Source: an uncultured Acidobacteriota bacterium
GTDB taxonomy: Bacteria; Acidobacteriota; Terriglobia; Acidiferrales; UBA7541
DNA: 64,000 nucleotides
Assembly: GCA_963843265.1 (NCBI GenBank)
Contig: CAWJJR010000010.1
Location: forward strand, 83,141-147,140
Direction: 5' to 3'
Shown here: piece after piece, positions 46,667 to 55,178 of the stretch
Layout of the letters: each line of letters begins with the position of its first letter
Position numbering within the stretch: the first letter of the stretch is position 1
Notes under the pieces: generated by a model
What the model saw: the letters and a program-made list of their open reading frames with translations, nothing else
Databases searched by the model: none
What the model was told of the DNA's origin: nothing
Position numbers and translations under genes: made by a program

Positions 46667-47733
46667 ACGACGATTATCTCTGGGACGGTTCGGGCGAACC
46701 GGACCCGGAAGTTGTAAGATTGGAAAAGATCCTCGCCACGTTCCGCTATAGGGGTCAGGCGCCGGAGTTTCCTGAGATCTCTCCAGCTCTCGCGCAGTGG
46801 TCGTGGTGGCGATTTCTGCCTGTACCTTCGTCCCTCAGATTCCGCCTCGCAGCCGTCACGGCGATCATCTTGTTGATTGGGGCAATCGGGATTCTTCGAT
46901 GGAGCCAGAAGCCAAGCACATCCTCCGGGACCGGATGGGCCGTCGAACGCATCGCAGGTACGCCGGAAGTGGAATCGAACGGAACCTGGAAGAATAAAGA
47001 CGCGAACAGGCTCGGCGTTGGCGAAACACTTGTGACAGATAGTCATTCGCAAGCCACCATTTCCGTGGCCGATATTGGAACGGTAGACGTAGATCCGAAC
47101 ACGCGATTGCGTTTGGCGGCCGGCAGAAACGGACACAGTCAGCTTTCGCTTGATCGCGGCACCATTCACGCATTCATCTGGGCTTCTCCAGGCGAGTTTA
47201 CCGTGGACACGCCTTCCGCCATCGCCGTGGACTTGGGCTGCCGGTATACGCTGCATGTGGACGATTCTGGAGCCGGTCTTCTGCGCACCACGCTCGGTTG
47301 GGTCGGTTTTAAGCTCGACGGTCGCGAAGCCTTTATCCCTGCGGGCGCGGTTTGCGCAACGCGGCCCAAAATTGGCCCGGGCACGCCATATTTTGAAGAT
47401 TCTTCCGCATCGTTTCGCAAAGCGTTGTCCAGCTTTGATTTTGCCACCCTGACTCCGCAGGAGCGGAGCGCCGAACTCAGCCAGATCCTCGCCGAATCCC
47501 GTCCGCGCGACGCGTTCACCGTCTGGCACCTTCTCGTTCGCGTCGACGATTCGGACCGCCGCCGCGTTTACGAGCGCTTGGCAACGCTCGTTCCGCCCCC
47601 CGCCGGCGTAACGCGTGAAGGCATTCTGCGTCTCGATCAAAAAATGCTGGACCTATGGTGGAATCAACTGGGCCACGGCGACGTTTCCTTGTGGCGCACC
47701 TGGGAGCGTTCCTGGTCCCAAGACAAAACATAG
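46663..47733 (+). CDS. FecR-domain anti-sigma-like protein
   Basis: Overlaps the sigma-factor stop by 4 nt. Cytoplasmic N-terminus, TM helix (RLAAVTAIILLIGAIGIL), FecR-like periplasmic part. Confidence 0.8.
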   Translation: MNDDYLWDGSGEPDPEVVRLEKILATFRYRGQAPEFPEISPALAQWSWWRFLPVPSSLRFRLAAVTAIILLIGAIGILRWSQKPSTSSGTGWAVERIAGTPEVESNGTWKNKDANRLGVGETLVTDSHSQATISVADIGTVDVDPNTRLRLAAGRNGHSQLSLDRGTIHAFIWASPGEFTVDTPSAIAVDLGCRYTLHVDDSGAGLLRTTLGWVGFKLDGREAFIPAGAVCATRPKIGPGTPYFEDSSASFRKALSSFDFATLTPQERSAELSQILAESRPRDAFTVWHLLVRVDDSDRRRVYERLATLVPPPAGVTREGILRLDQKMLDLWWNQLGHGDVSLWRTWERSWSQDKT

Positions 47734-47838
47734 GAGAAACTCCGCTCTGTTCGTTTGATCGCGGTGCGCCGCCTGTCAAACTTCGTTCGCAGCACACCGC
47801 TTTACAGAAAGCCTCGCATTTACTAGGCTAGGGGTCCC

Positions 47839-48282
47839 ATGTGGAATGTCGAAGAACGGTTTACACCCAAGCAAATCGAAAGCCTGGCGGCGCTCGGCTT
47901 TGCCGTCGGCAGCACGCGCGGCGTTGTACGCGTGGAAAAATATGGCAGCGGCGCGGAGTTCCGCAAAGGCACCGATGACATGTATCAAATGACGGTCGTG
48001 CCAACCATTATGCTGAAAGGGCGATTCACACGTCTGTGGGACGCCGGCTACCAGAAATTCTTGCTGACCGATGACGGCGTGAAGTTGCCCGCGCTAGCCA
48101 CGCATCTTGAGAACCTGCGAAGGTTCAACGAGGAATTACTCACCGCGCTGGGTGTCCCGACTTTCTACAACGAAGCGCTCGGCTCCGTCAGCCAAATCAG
48201 CGTCTACGACCGCGTAAAGGGCCGAAAAGGCGACGTGCCAGACAAAACCGTCGGAGCGCATGAGCCCGCCGAGGGGCATTAG
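47839..48282 (+). CDS. hypothetical protein
   Basis: 147 aa with coding-like composition and no recognisable motifs. Confidence 0.5.
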   Translation: MWNVEERFTPKQIESLAALGFAVGSTRGVVRVEKYGSGAEFRKGTDDMYQMTVVPTIMLKGRFTRLWDAGYQKFLLTDDGVKLPALATHLENLRRFNEELLTALGVPTFYNEALGSVSQISVYDRVKGRKGDVPDKTVGAHEPAEGH

Positions 48283-48309
48283 CCGAGCCGTCTAATCTGA
48301 AGGTTCCTA

Positions 48310-48600
48310 TCATTCAGATTTTCCCTCGCGAAGTTGGCGCCGGAATTGTTCTACATCGACGCGATGTTTGGCTACTTTGCGTGCACCAATGAAAATCACC
48401 GGAATGTCCCGACCGTAGCGTTCTTCGAGAACCGCGTCCTTTTCGATATTCACTTCGAAAAGCGAAGCCCCGAATTCGCTCAACAGCGGCGCAATGGCGG
48501 CCTTCGCTTCCTCGCAAAGATGGCACCCCGGCCGCGTATACAAAGTCACGTCGCGCGGACTGGCGGCGGCTAATCGCGCGTCCTCCGCGTGTTCCTTCAC
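48310..48600 (-). CDS. glutaredoxin-family protein
   Basis: 96 aa; VTLYTRPGCHLCEEA (CxxC) and a thioredoxin-fold layout. Confidence 0.85.
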   Translation of the reverse strand: MKEHAEDARLAAASPRDVTLYTRPGCHLCEEAKAAIAPLLSEFGASLFEVNIEKDAVLEERYGRDIPVIFIGARKVAKHRVDVEQFRRQLREGKSE

Positions 48601-49151
48601 GGTTTCGGATTGGAATATTTTTGGAACGGCCCTGCGTAGGGGTGAAACGCACGCGCGCAGTAAAGCTCCGCGATCTGCCGCAGATGCCCCAAGTCATGCG
48701 ACGCCCACTCGCTGAGCATCTGATGCAGCGTGAAGATGCCGAGCTCAGAGTGAGTCGCCTCGCGCTCACCGGAATCCGCCGGAATGCTCCGAAGCAAAAT
48801 GATTGTGGCACGCCGCGTCCTGGCGAACGACGCCAAATTCTCCAGGGCTGACCCGCGAGTGTAATCCCCAATAACCACCGTGCCCGTTGCGTCGTACTTC
48901 TGCAGCATCGGATTGTCTTCCGTCACGATGCGCCGCGTCCGGTCGGCATACACCTCTTCCAGATCCGCAAGATGGCCTATAACTTCCGCAATGGACCAGC
49001 GTTCCGGCGCAGGCTTCCAGCGCAGCAGATCTTCCGGCAAATCGCGAAGCATCGTTTCTAGCAAAATCGGCGTCTTTTCAAGGAGCAACAGGGCAGGCTG
49101 GATCGTTCGAGTGCTGGCAAGCTCGGTAGTTCGGGCTACACCTTGCTGCAT
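48597..49151 (-). CDS. DinB-superfamily protein
   Basis: Starts at the internal ATG 49151 (MQQGVARTTE...). WSIAEVIGHLADLE and WASHDLGHLRQI are histidine-rich four-helix-bundle motifs. Overlaps the grx gene by 4 nt. Confidence 0.8.
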   Translation of the reverse strand: MQQGVARTTELASTRTIQPALLLLEKTPILLETMLRDLPEDLLRWKPAPERWSIAEVIGHLADLEEVYADRTRRIVTEDNPMLQKYDATGTVVIGDYTRGSALENLASFARTRRATIILLRSIPADSGEREATHSELGIFTLHQMLSEWASHDLGHLRQIAELYCARAFHPYAGPFQKYSNPKP

Positions 49152-49217
49152 GCGGCACCTCCCAAGCGATGAAGGAATCTTACTCGAAAAGGCAACGAAA
49201 TGTGGAAGTAGCGCATA

Positions 49218-49598
49218 ATGAGTAACACGAGCGGAGGAGACGCTGGCATGGCGAGAGTCGTGGCGCTGATGGACGATTTGTTTTTTCAAATGAAGGTCGC
49301 GGAGACAGCCAAGCATCTCGGCCTCGAATTGAAAGTCGCCACAAACGGCGACGCTCTACTGGAATTGCTGGAACCCGCGCCAATCCTCGTCATCGTGGAC
49401 TTGAACGCTCGAAGCCAGCCGCTTGCGGCCGTCGAGCGGCTACGAGCCGCGCACAAAGATTTGCGTGTCGTCGGATTTCTCTCTCACGTGCAGCGCGACC
49501 TGGCCGCGCAAGCACAAGCGGCGGGCTGCTCCGAAGTAATGCCGCGCTCCGCCTTTACGCAAAACCTGGCCGCCATTCTGAGTGCCGCAAAGGAATGA
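49218..49598 (+). CDS. CheY-like receiver-fold protein (degenerate)
   Basis: RVVALMDDLFF ... ILVIVDLN ... VVGFLSH follows a receiver-like beta-alpha pattern, but the conserved Lys context is not evident. Start 49218 or 49248. Confidence 0.5.
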   Translation: MSNTSGGDAGMARVVALMDDLFFQMKVAETAKHLGLELKVATNGDALLELLEPAPILVIVDLNARSQPLAAVERLRAAHKDLRVVGFLSHVQRDLAAQAQAAGCSEVMPRSAFTQNLAAILSAAKE

Positions 49599-49599
49599 A

Positions 49600-50544
49600 G
49601 TGAAATTTCAAAAAAAGGTTTTGAGTCGAGTCGCTCTACTCCTGACGGTGTTGTCTCTAACTCTTGGAGGAAGTTTGTCAGCGCAGGAGTCCAGCTCCAA
49701 TCCCGCAGCGGAAGCCTTGGCGCTCAACGGACCAACCGCCGCACTTCGCGACGTTCTTACGGCGGCTTGCTCGCAGAGTCAGAGCAATTTCGAGCAATTT
49801 CTCACCGTCCGCAACAAAGAATCGTTCATGCGCATGACGCCCGCCGCGCGCGTCGCCTTCATGAAGCGTTTCGTGCTGCTCAACGAGCCCGGCAAGCCCG
49901 CGGTCACCACCAATCCTTCCGGCCGGCCCATCCTGCGCTGCGAAACGCCCTCGGGTGTCGCCGAGATCCAGATTGGCGGCGCAGACACGCGCGACAACGT
50001 TTCGTTTCTCCCCGTCAAGTTGCGCGACGCGACGGATACCACTGGCGCCGACGCTATTCAGGTCAACATGGGCCTGGTGCGCGAGAGCGGCCAGTGGAAA
50101 ATTCTTTCGCTGGGCTTGGTGCTTCTAGACTTGCCTTCCTTGGAATTTGAATGGGACTCCGCCGAAGCCGACAAAAATGAGCAAGCCGCGATCGATTCGC
50201 TGAAAGACATTGCCGAAGCGATCGAAACGTATCGCCGCAAATACCTGCGGCTTCCCGATTCTCTCTCGAACCTGGGGCCTTCGCTGCACGGCCCCGCCAA
50301 CGCGGAATCCGCAGGGCTCGTCGATTCTGACCTGTCCACCGGCATGAAAAACGGCTATTCGTTTCGCTACGTGATTGTGGGCGCCAGCACTTTGGGCGCG
50401 CCCGCCAAGTATGCTCTCGCAGCCACGCCGATCATCTATGGCCGCACTGGCCACCGCTCCTTTTTCCGCGATGATGGTGGAACGGTTCGCGGCGCGGACC
50501 ACAAAGGCGCGGTGGGTTCCGCGGATGATCCGAAATTGCCATAG
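49600..50544 (+). CDS. secreted protein, unknown function
   Basis: GTG 49600 is preceded by aagga. Signal peptide VLSRVALLLTVLSLTLGGSLSAQE. The C-terminal part (NEQAAIDSLKDIAEAIETYRRKYLRLPDSL) resembles pseudopilin-like helices. Confidence 0.6.
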   Translation: MKFQKKVLSRVALLLTVLSLTLGGSLSAQESSSNPAAEALALNGPTAALRDVLTAACSQSQSNFEQFLTVRNKESFMRMTPAARVAFMKRFVLLNEPGKPAVTTNPSGRPILRCETPSGVAEIQIGGADTRDNVSFLPVKLRDATDTTGADAIQVNMGLVRESGQWKILSLGLVLLDLPSLEFEWDSAEADKNEQAAIDSLKDIAEAIETYRRKYLRLPDSLSNLGPSLHGPANAESAGLVDSDLSTGMKNGYSFRYVIVGASTLGAPAKYALAATPIIYGRTGHRSFFRDDGGTVRGADHKGAVGSADDPKLP

Positions 50545-50726
50545 CGACGTGCCCTGTCTCCTGAGTGCGGACCGGCGCGGTTAACCCATAAGTGCGAGCT
50601 TCCACTTGTCATCTTGCTTCGAAGCAACGCTAAACTTCACACTGCAGATAGGGTCATCTCTCCTGGCGCGACGAATTTCCCCCGAAAATCGCTCGCATAC
50701 TGTAGATCCCTCAAGGCACAGGAGAC

Positions 50727-51065
50727 TTGTATATGCCGGATGTAACCCAGGAGCGTCGCATAGCCCCCCGCTATCCGCTGGTGCTCTCCGCTGAAATCAC
50801 GGAACCCGCCAGCGGCGTTAAGGTGATGGCGCGAACGTCGGACATCAGCCGAAGCGGCTGCTATTTGGACACCCTAAACCCCACTCCCAAGGACGCGCAG
50901 ATCCGGCTACGCCTGATCCGTGGCGAAGAAGCGTTCGAGACGGAGGCTCGCGTGGTCTACGCCAGCCCCGGACTGGGTATGGGTGCGAGATTTCTGGAGC
51001 AAGTAAAAGAAAATCAATTGGTCGTCCTGGACCGTTGGCTTGGTGAAGCGGCCCGCAATCTTTGA
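50727..51065 (+). CDS. PilZ domain protein
   Basis: 112 aa; RIAPR (RxxxR) and DISRSG (DxSxxG) motifs. Confidence 0.85.
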   Translation: MYMPDVTQERRIAPRYPLVLSAEITEPASGVKVMARTSDISRSGCYLDTLNPTPKDAQIRLRLIRGEEAFETEARVVYASPGLGMGARFLEQVKENQLVVLDRWLGEAARNL

Positions 51066-51082
51066 AGTCAGCCGCTCTAACC

Positions 51083-52672
51083 TCAGGGCTGCGTTCTAAT
51101 GGTTGGATACTGGATCGCCAGCTGCTCCAGATAGGTTTTAAAGTGCGTGGGATCGTAATAATATTTTTTCAATTGCGGCGCAAACTTCTCCATTTTTTCC
51201 TTGTTCATCTCGATCGCCGGCTTATCGTCGGGGCCTAGAAACGATTCGTAGTGGACGTCCTTCGTCTGGACATCCCGAAAATAATCCCATGCTTGCTGCA
51301 CAAGTTCCGGCTGAAGCAAGAAGTCGAGAGCGGTCATCGCTTGCACTTTGGCGCCCGCAGTCGAGCCTTTATGCGCGATGGGCGTGGCCATGGCTACGCC
51401 GTTTGCCCAGCTATGTCCCGGCAGATTCGGTATGTTCGCCGGATACATCAGATACACCATGGGCACGTTCCAGGAAATATCGCCGATGTCGTCGGATCCT
51501 CCTCCAGTGGGATTTTTCACCGGCTCCGTCAGCGGGTCGACTTTCTCCTTCAGCCCCTCTACCTTGGCGCCAATTTCCTTTTGCAGGGCCTTCGCCAGCG
51601 TTTGATCTGCCTCGGTCCACTTCGGCATGCCGACGGCCTCGATATTTTTCTGCTGCGTTTCCGCGATCACCTTATTCAAAAACGGAGGCCACGCTGATCC
51701 CACAAGCTTGTGATCAACGGTGGTTCCGGTCATTTTCGCCGCAGCGTCCGCGATGGTATTCCCCAAGTCATACAGTCCTTTGATGTGTTCGTAGTCCAGC
51801 TCGCGGAAGTAATACCAGACCGCTGCTTCCGGCGGAACGACATTGGGCTGATCCCCTCCGTTGATGATGACGCGATGAGATCGCTGCGCGGGCCGCAGGT
51901 GTTCCCGGCGAAAGTCCCAGCCCGTGTCCATCAACTCGACGGCATCCAGCGCGCTGCGGCCTTCCCACGGCGCCGCTGCCGCATGAGCCGCCTTCCCATG
52001 GAAAAAATACTGCACGGAGACGAGTCCGCTCCACTCCCCGTTACCCGTCCCGTACGAAGTGGAAAATTCGGATTCCACGTGCGCACCCAAAACTATATCC
52101 ACGTCCTTAAAAACACCCGCGCGGACGTAAAACGCCTTCGTCCCGAGCAACTCCTCCGCTACGCCGGGAATAACCTTGATCGTCCCGGCGATATGGTGTT
52201 CCTCCATCAGCTTTTTCAAAACCAGTGCCGCAGTGACGTTCACCGCCATCCCGGAGTTATGGCCCTCGCCATGCCCCGGCGCGCCCTCAATGATCGGGTC
52301 GTGATACGCGACTCCCGGTTTCTGCGAAGCTCGCGGAATGCAATCAAGATCGGTGATAAATGCGATGACCGGCTTGCCACTACCGTATGTCGCTACCCAA
52401 GCCGTGGGAATCCCCGCGATGCCTTTCTCTACTTGAAATCCGTTTTTCGCAAGAATGCTGGTCACGTACCGCGACGTTTCGTGCTCCTGGAAGCCCAGCT
52501 CGCTATAGCTGAAAATCTCATCCACCATCTGCTGTGTAAGCGTCTGAAGTTTATCCACTTCCGCAGTGGCTTCTTGTTTGAGAGCGGGAAGCTCCTGCGT
52601 CTGCTGCGCGGATATTCCGCAAGGCGCGAGCAATATGGCGGCGAGGCCGCACGTCATTTGAAATTTTCTCAT
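51083..52672 (-). CDS. M20-family amidohydrolase (AbgB-like), secreted
   Basis: Signal peptide MRKFQMTCGLAAILLAPCGISAQ. GHGEGHNSG metal-binding context. Roughly 480-aa M20 core plus a tail. Confidence 0.85.
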   Translation of the reverse strand: MRKFQMTCGLAAILLAPCGISAQQTQELPALKQEATAEVDKLQTLTQQMVDEIFSYSELGFQEHETSRYVTSILAKNGFQVEKGIAGIPTAWVATYGSGKPVIAFITDLDCIPRASQKPGVAYHDPIIEGAPGHGEGHNSGMAVNVTAALVLKKLMEEHHIAGTIKVIPGVAEELLGTKAFYVRAGVFKDVDIVLGAHVESEFSTSYGTGNGEWSGLVSVQYFFHGKAAHAAAAPWEGRSALDAVELMDTGWDFRREHLRPAQRSHRVIINGGDQPNVVPPEAAVWYYFRELDYEHIKGLYDLGNTIADAAAKMTGTTVDHKLVGSAWPPFLNKVIAETQQKNIEAVGMPKWTEADQTLAKALQKEIGAKVEGLKEKVDPLTEPVKNPTGGGSDDIGDISWNVPMVYLMYPANIPNLPGHSWANGVAMATPIAHKGSTAGAKVQAMTALDFLLQPELVQQAWDYFRDVQTKDVHYESFLGPDDKPAIEMNKEKMEKFAPQLKKYYYDPTHFKTYLEQLAIQYPTIRTQP

Positions 52673-52778
52673 CCGGTTCTCCGCTCCTGAAAGGATCGGG
52701 CATATTACATCGGCTATTGCAATTTAGGGGAAAGAAAGAATCCTGGGTTTGTACCCCGCTTGAGTTGGCGCTACTATC

Positions 52779-53903
52779 GTGCGATTCGTCATGCGCCCAG
52801 CGTCCGCCCGAATCTTATTGCCGCTCTTGGCCTATATACTCTTAGGGCCCACGGCGGCGATGGCTCAAGAGTACAGTTCCACCTACGGCCCGCTGCCTGT
52901 TTTCGAGTTCCACAGCGGCTTCTGGGTCAATCTTCATCACACGCTCTACTACGAGGCCAAGCAGCGCCTGGCTCCCCCCGCTGTAGTCCAAAAAAACAAT
53001 TCGGCGGCCCAATTAAAATTGAAGATCATGAAAGATTCCGCCACGGCTCTCTCTCAACCCGAGCAAATCGCGTGGAGCACCGCCGTGGCCTATTACGCCG
53101 AGAACTTCGCGGGCAAAGATCTGCTCTTTAATAACGACCTGGTCCTGCTAAAAAATCAGCTCGAGGATTTTGAAGATTGCGACGATCTCTCCGGCGCTCA
53201 CAAGAAATCTTGCGACGCCGGCCTGCCTCCCGACCTCACTCGCGTGCTGGATTCTGCCGCGCCCGTCTATCGCGCTCATCTGTGGCTCGCCCAGGATCTC
53301 GCCAATCGCCGGTGGATCGCTCGCGTCGCGCCACTCGTCATCGAACAAGGCGTGGGCGTTTCCCAGCGCCTTGCTGATATCTATCAAACCAAATGGCCCA
53401 CGGAGAAAATTCGCGTCGACGTCTCCGCCTATGCAAATACGTCGGGGGCGTACACCACGCTCGATCCTCTGCGCGTCACTATTTCCAGTACCGATCCCCG
53501 TAACCAGGGCAACGCAGCCTTTGAGGTGCTCTTTCACGAAGCTTCGCACGGGATCGCCGAGCCGGTGCAACAAGCCATCCTTCGCGAATGCCGCCAGCGC
53601 GGCAAAGCCATTCCCCGCGACCTGTGGCCCGCGCTCATCCTTTACACCACTGGCGAAGTAATCCAACCTTTACTCGCTACACCCGGTAAAGGGCTCCAGG
53701 CTAAGCAGAGTTCCACCGATTCCCTTTCCAAGGGCGCTCCCGCAACTCCGGGAGATACCTATGAGCCCGACCTCATTCGACAGAGCCTCTATCGGCGCGG
53801 CTGGAACGACTACTACGAACTTCTGACCCGCTTTTGGCAACCGTATATCGATAGCAAATCTACTTTCGACGACGCCATCGCCCGCATGGTCTCCTCCCTG
53901 TAG
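52779..53903 (+). CDS. secreted hypothetical protein with an HExxH motif
   Basis: Signal peptide ARILLPLLAYILLGPTAAMAQE and a single LFHEASHGI motif. No family recognised. Confidence 0.6.
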   Translation: MRFVMRPASARILLPLLAYILLGPTAAMAQEYSSTYGPLPVFEFHSGFWVNLHHTLYYEAKQRLAPPAVVQKNNSAAQLKLKIMKDSATALSQPEQIAWSTAVAYYAENFAGKDLLFNNDLVLLKNQLEDFEDCDDLSGAHKKSCDAGLPPDLTRVLDSAAPVYRAHLWLAQDLANRRWIARVAPLVIEQGVGVSQRLADIYQTKWPTEKIRVDVSAYANTSGAYTTLDPLRVTISSTDPRNQGNAAFEVLFHEASHGIAEPVQQAILRECRQRGKAIPRDLWPALILYTTGEVIQPLLATPGKGLQAKQSSTDSLSKGAPATPGDTYEPDLIRQSLYRRGWNDYYELLTRFWQPYIDSKSTFDDAIARMVSSL

Positions 53904-54135
53904 TTCAGCAGAAGCGTTTGTTCGGAAACCGCCCTTGTGCTAGGCTTTGCAGTGCAGAATTAAGGTTGGCTGCGCGCCACGCAAGTCCCAGCGACGCTTA
54001 CGTTCTCTCCTTACCGTTCCTCTGCGGAGCCTCCCGAAAGGGAAAATTCTCTCCGGAGAAACCAAACAGGCGGCTCGGACGACTCGATACCCGGTCCCTT
54101 GGGAGCCGGGTAGTCAGAAAGAACTGGATAAGCCC

Positions 54136-55011
54136 ATGTCCGGTACACAGGCAGCTTCAAGACCCGAAAAAGAGACCATCGAGATCAAGCTCGCGCATTC
54201 ACCGGATTCCGATGACGCTTTTATGTTTTATGCGCTGGCCACCCACAAGCTCGCCACGCCCGGTTACAAATACACCCACGTGCTCTCCGACATTCAGTCT
54301 CTCAACGACGCAGCCCTCACCGAGACCTATGACGTCACAGCGCTGAGCTTCGCCGCCTATCCTAGCTTGCGGGACAAGTATGTCCTGCTAGATTGCGGCG
54401 CCAGCTTCGGAGAGAATTACGGCCCCATCGTCGTCGCCTCCAACTCCATGAAACACGAGGATTTAGCAGGAAAACGGATTGGCGTCCCGGGCCTCAAGAC
54501 CACCGCTTATTTAACCTTGAAGTTATTCGAGCCAAACTTCGAGCCGGTGGTGCTGCCTTTCGACAAGATTCTCGACGCCGTAAAGAACGAAGTCGTCGAG
54601 GCCGGCCTGCTGATTCACGAGGGCCAACTCCTTTTCCCTCAACTAGGCATGCACCGTGTCGTGGACTTGGGTGTCTGGTGGCACGAACAGACCGGTCTTC
54701 CCCTCCCCCTTGGCGGAAATGCCGTTCGCCGCGCTCTTGGCCCCGCTCTGGGTCTGCAAATCGCTAAGACCATTAAAGATAGTGTCGAGTATGGTCTTGA
54801 GCACCGCGAAGAAGCTCTCAACTACGCCATGCAGTTTGCCCGCGACATGGAGACCGAAATCGCCGACAAATTCGTGGGCATGTACGTCAACCGTTGGACT
54901 CTCGGCTATGGCGAGCGCGGCAAACAAGCCGTCAGAGCCCTGATCGAGCGAGGCACCGCCGCCGGCCTGCTTCCCGGCCCACCCGACGTTGAGTTCCTCA
55001 GCGAGCCATGA
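54136..55011 (+). CDS. MqnA/MqnD-family (futalosine-pathway type, periplasmic-binding-protein fold) protein
   Basis: IEIKLAHSPDSDDAFMFYAL ... DVTALSFAAYP ... LDCGASFGENYGPIVVA matches the MqnA/MqnD layout. Internal ATG 54136 is used. Confidence 0.75.
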   Translation: MSGTQAASRPEKETIEIKLAHSPDSDDAFMFYALATHKLATPGYKYTHVLSDIQSLNDAALTETYDVTALSFAAYPSLRDKYVLLDCGASFGENYGPIVVASNSMKHEDLAGKRIGVPGLKTTAYLTLKLFEPNFEPVVLPFDKILDAVKNEVVEAGLLIHEGQLLFPQLGMHRVVDLGVWWHEQTGLPLPLGGNAVRRALGPALGLQIAKTIKDSVEYGLEHREEALNYAMQFARDMETEIADKFVGMYVNRWTLGYGERGKQAVRALIERGTAAGLLPGPPDVEFLSEP

Positions 55012-55178
55012 CATCGAAAAACCTGGCACAACTAGCAGAAATCCACTTGAGATTTCCCCGTTCTCGGTCAATTCACATACTCCATGGTTTCTCGCTTCGA
55101 GGCATGCGCAGGCTCTGGGCCCTTCTTGACGCTTTTCCTCTAATCACTTAGTGTCTCTTGTCTGCGGGGGAGCCTCAC

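Noticed and set aside
50614-50627. Perfect 14-bp palindrome TTGCTTCGAAGCAA upstream of the second PilZ gene
   Set aside because: A few perfect 14-bp palindromes are expected by chance in 64 kb. There is no second copy and no clear positional relation to a promoter.
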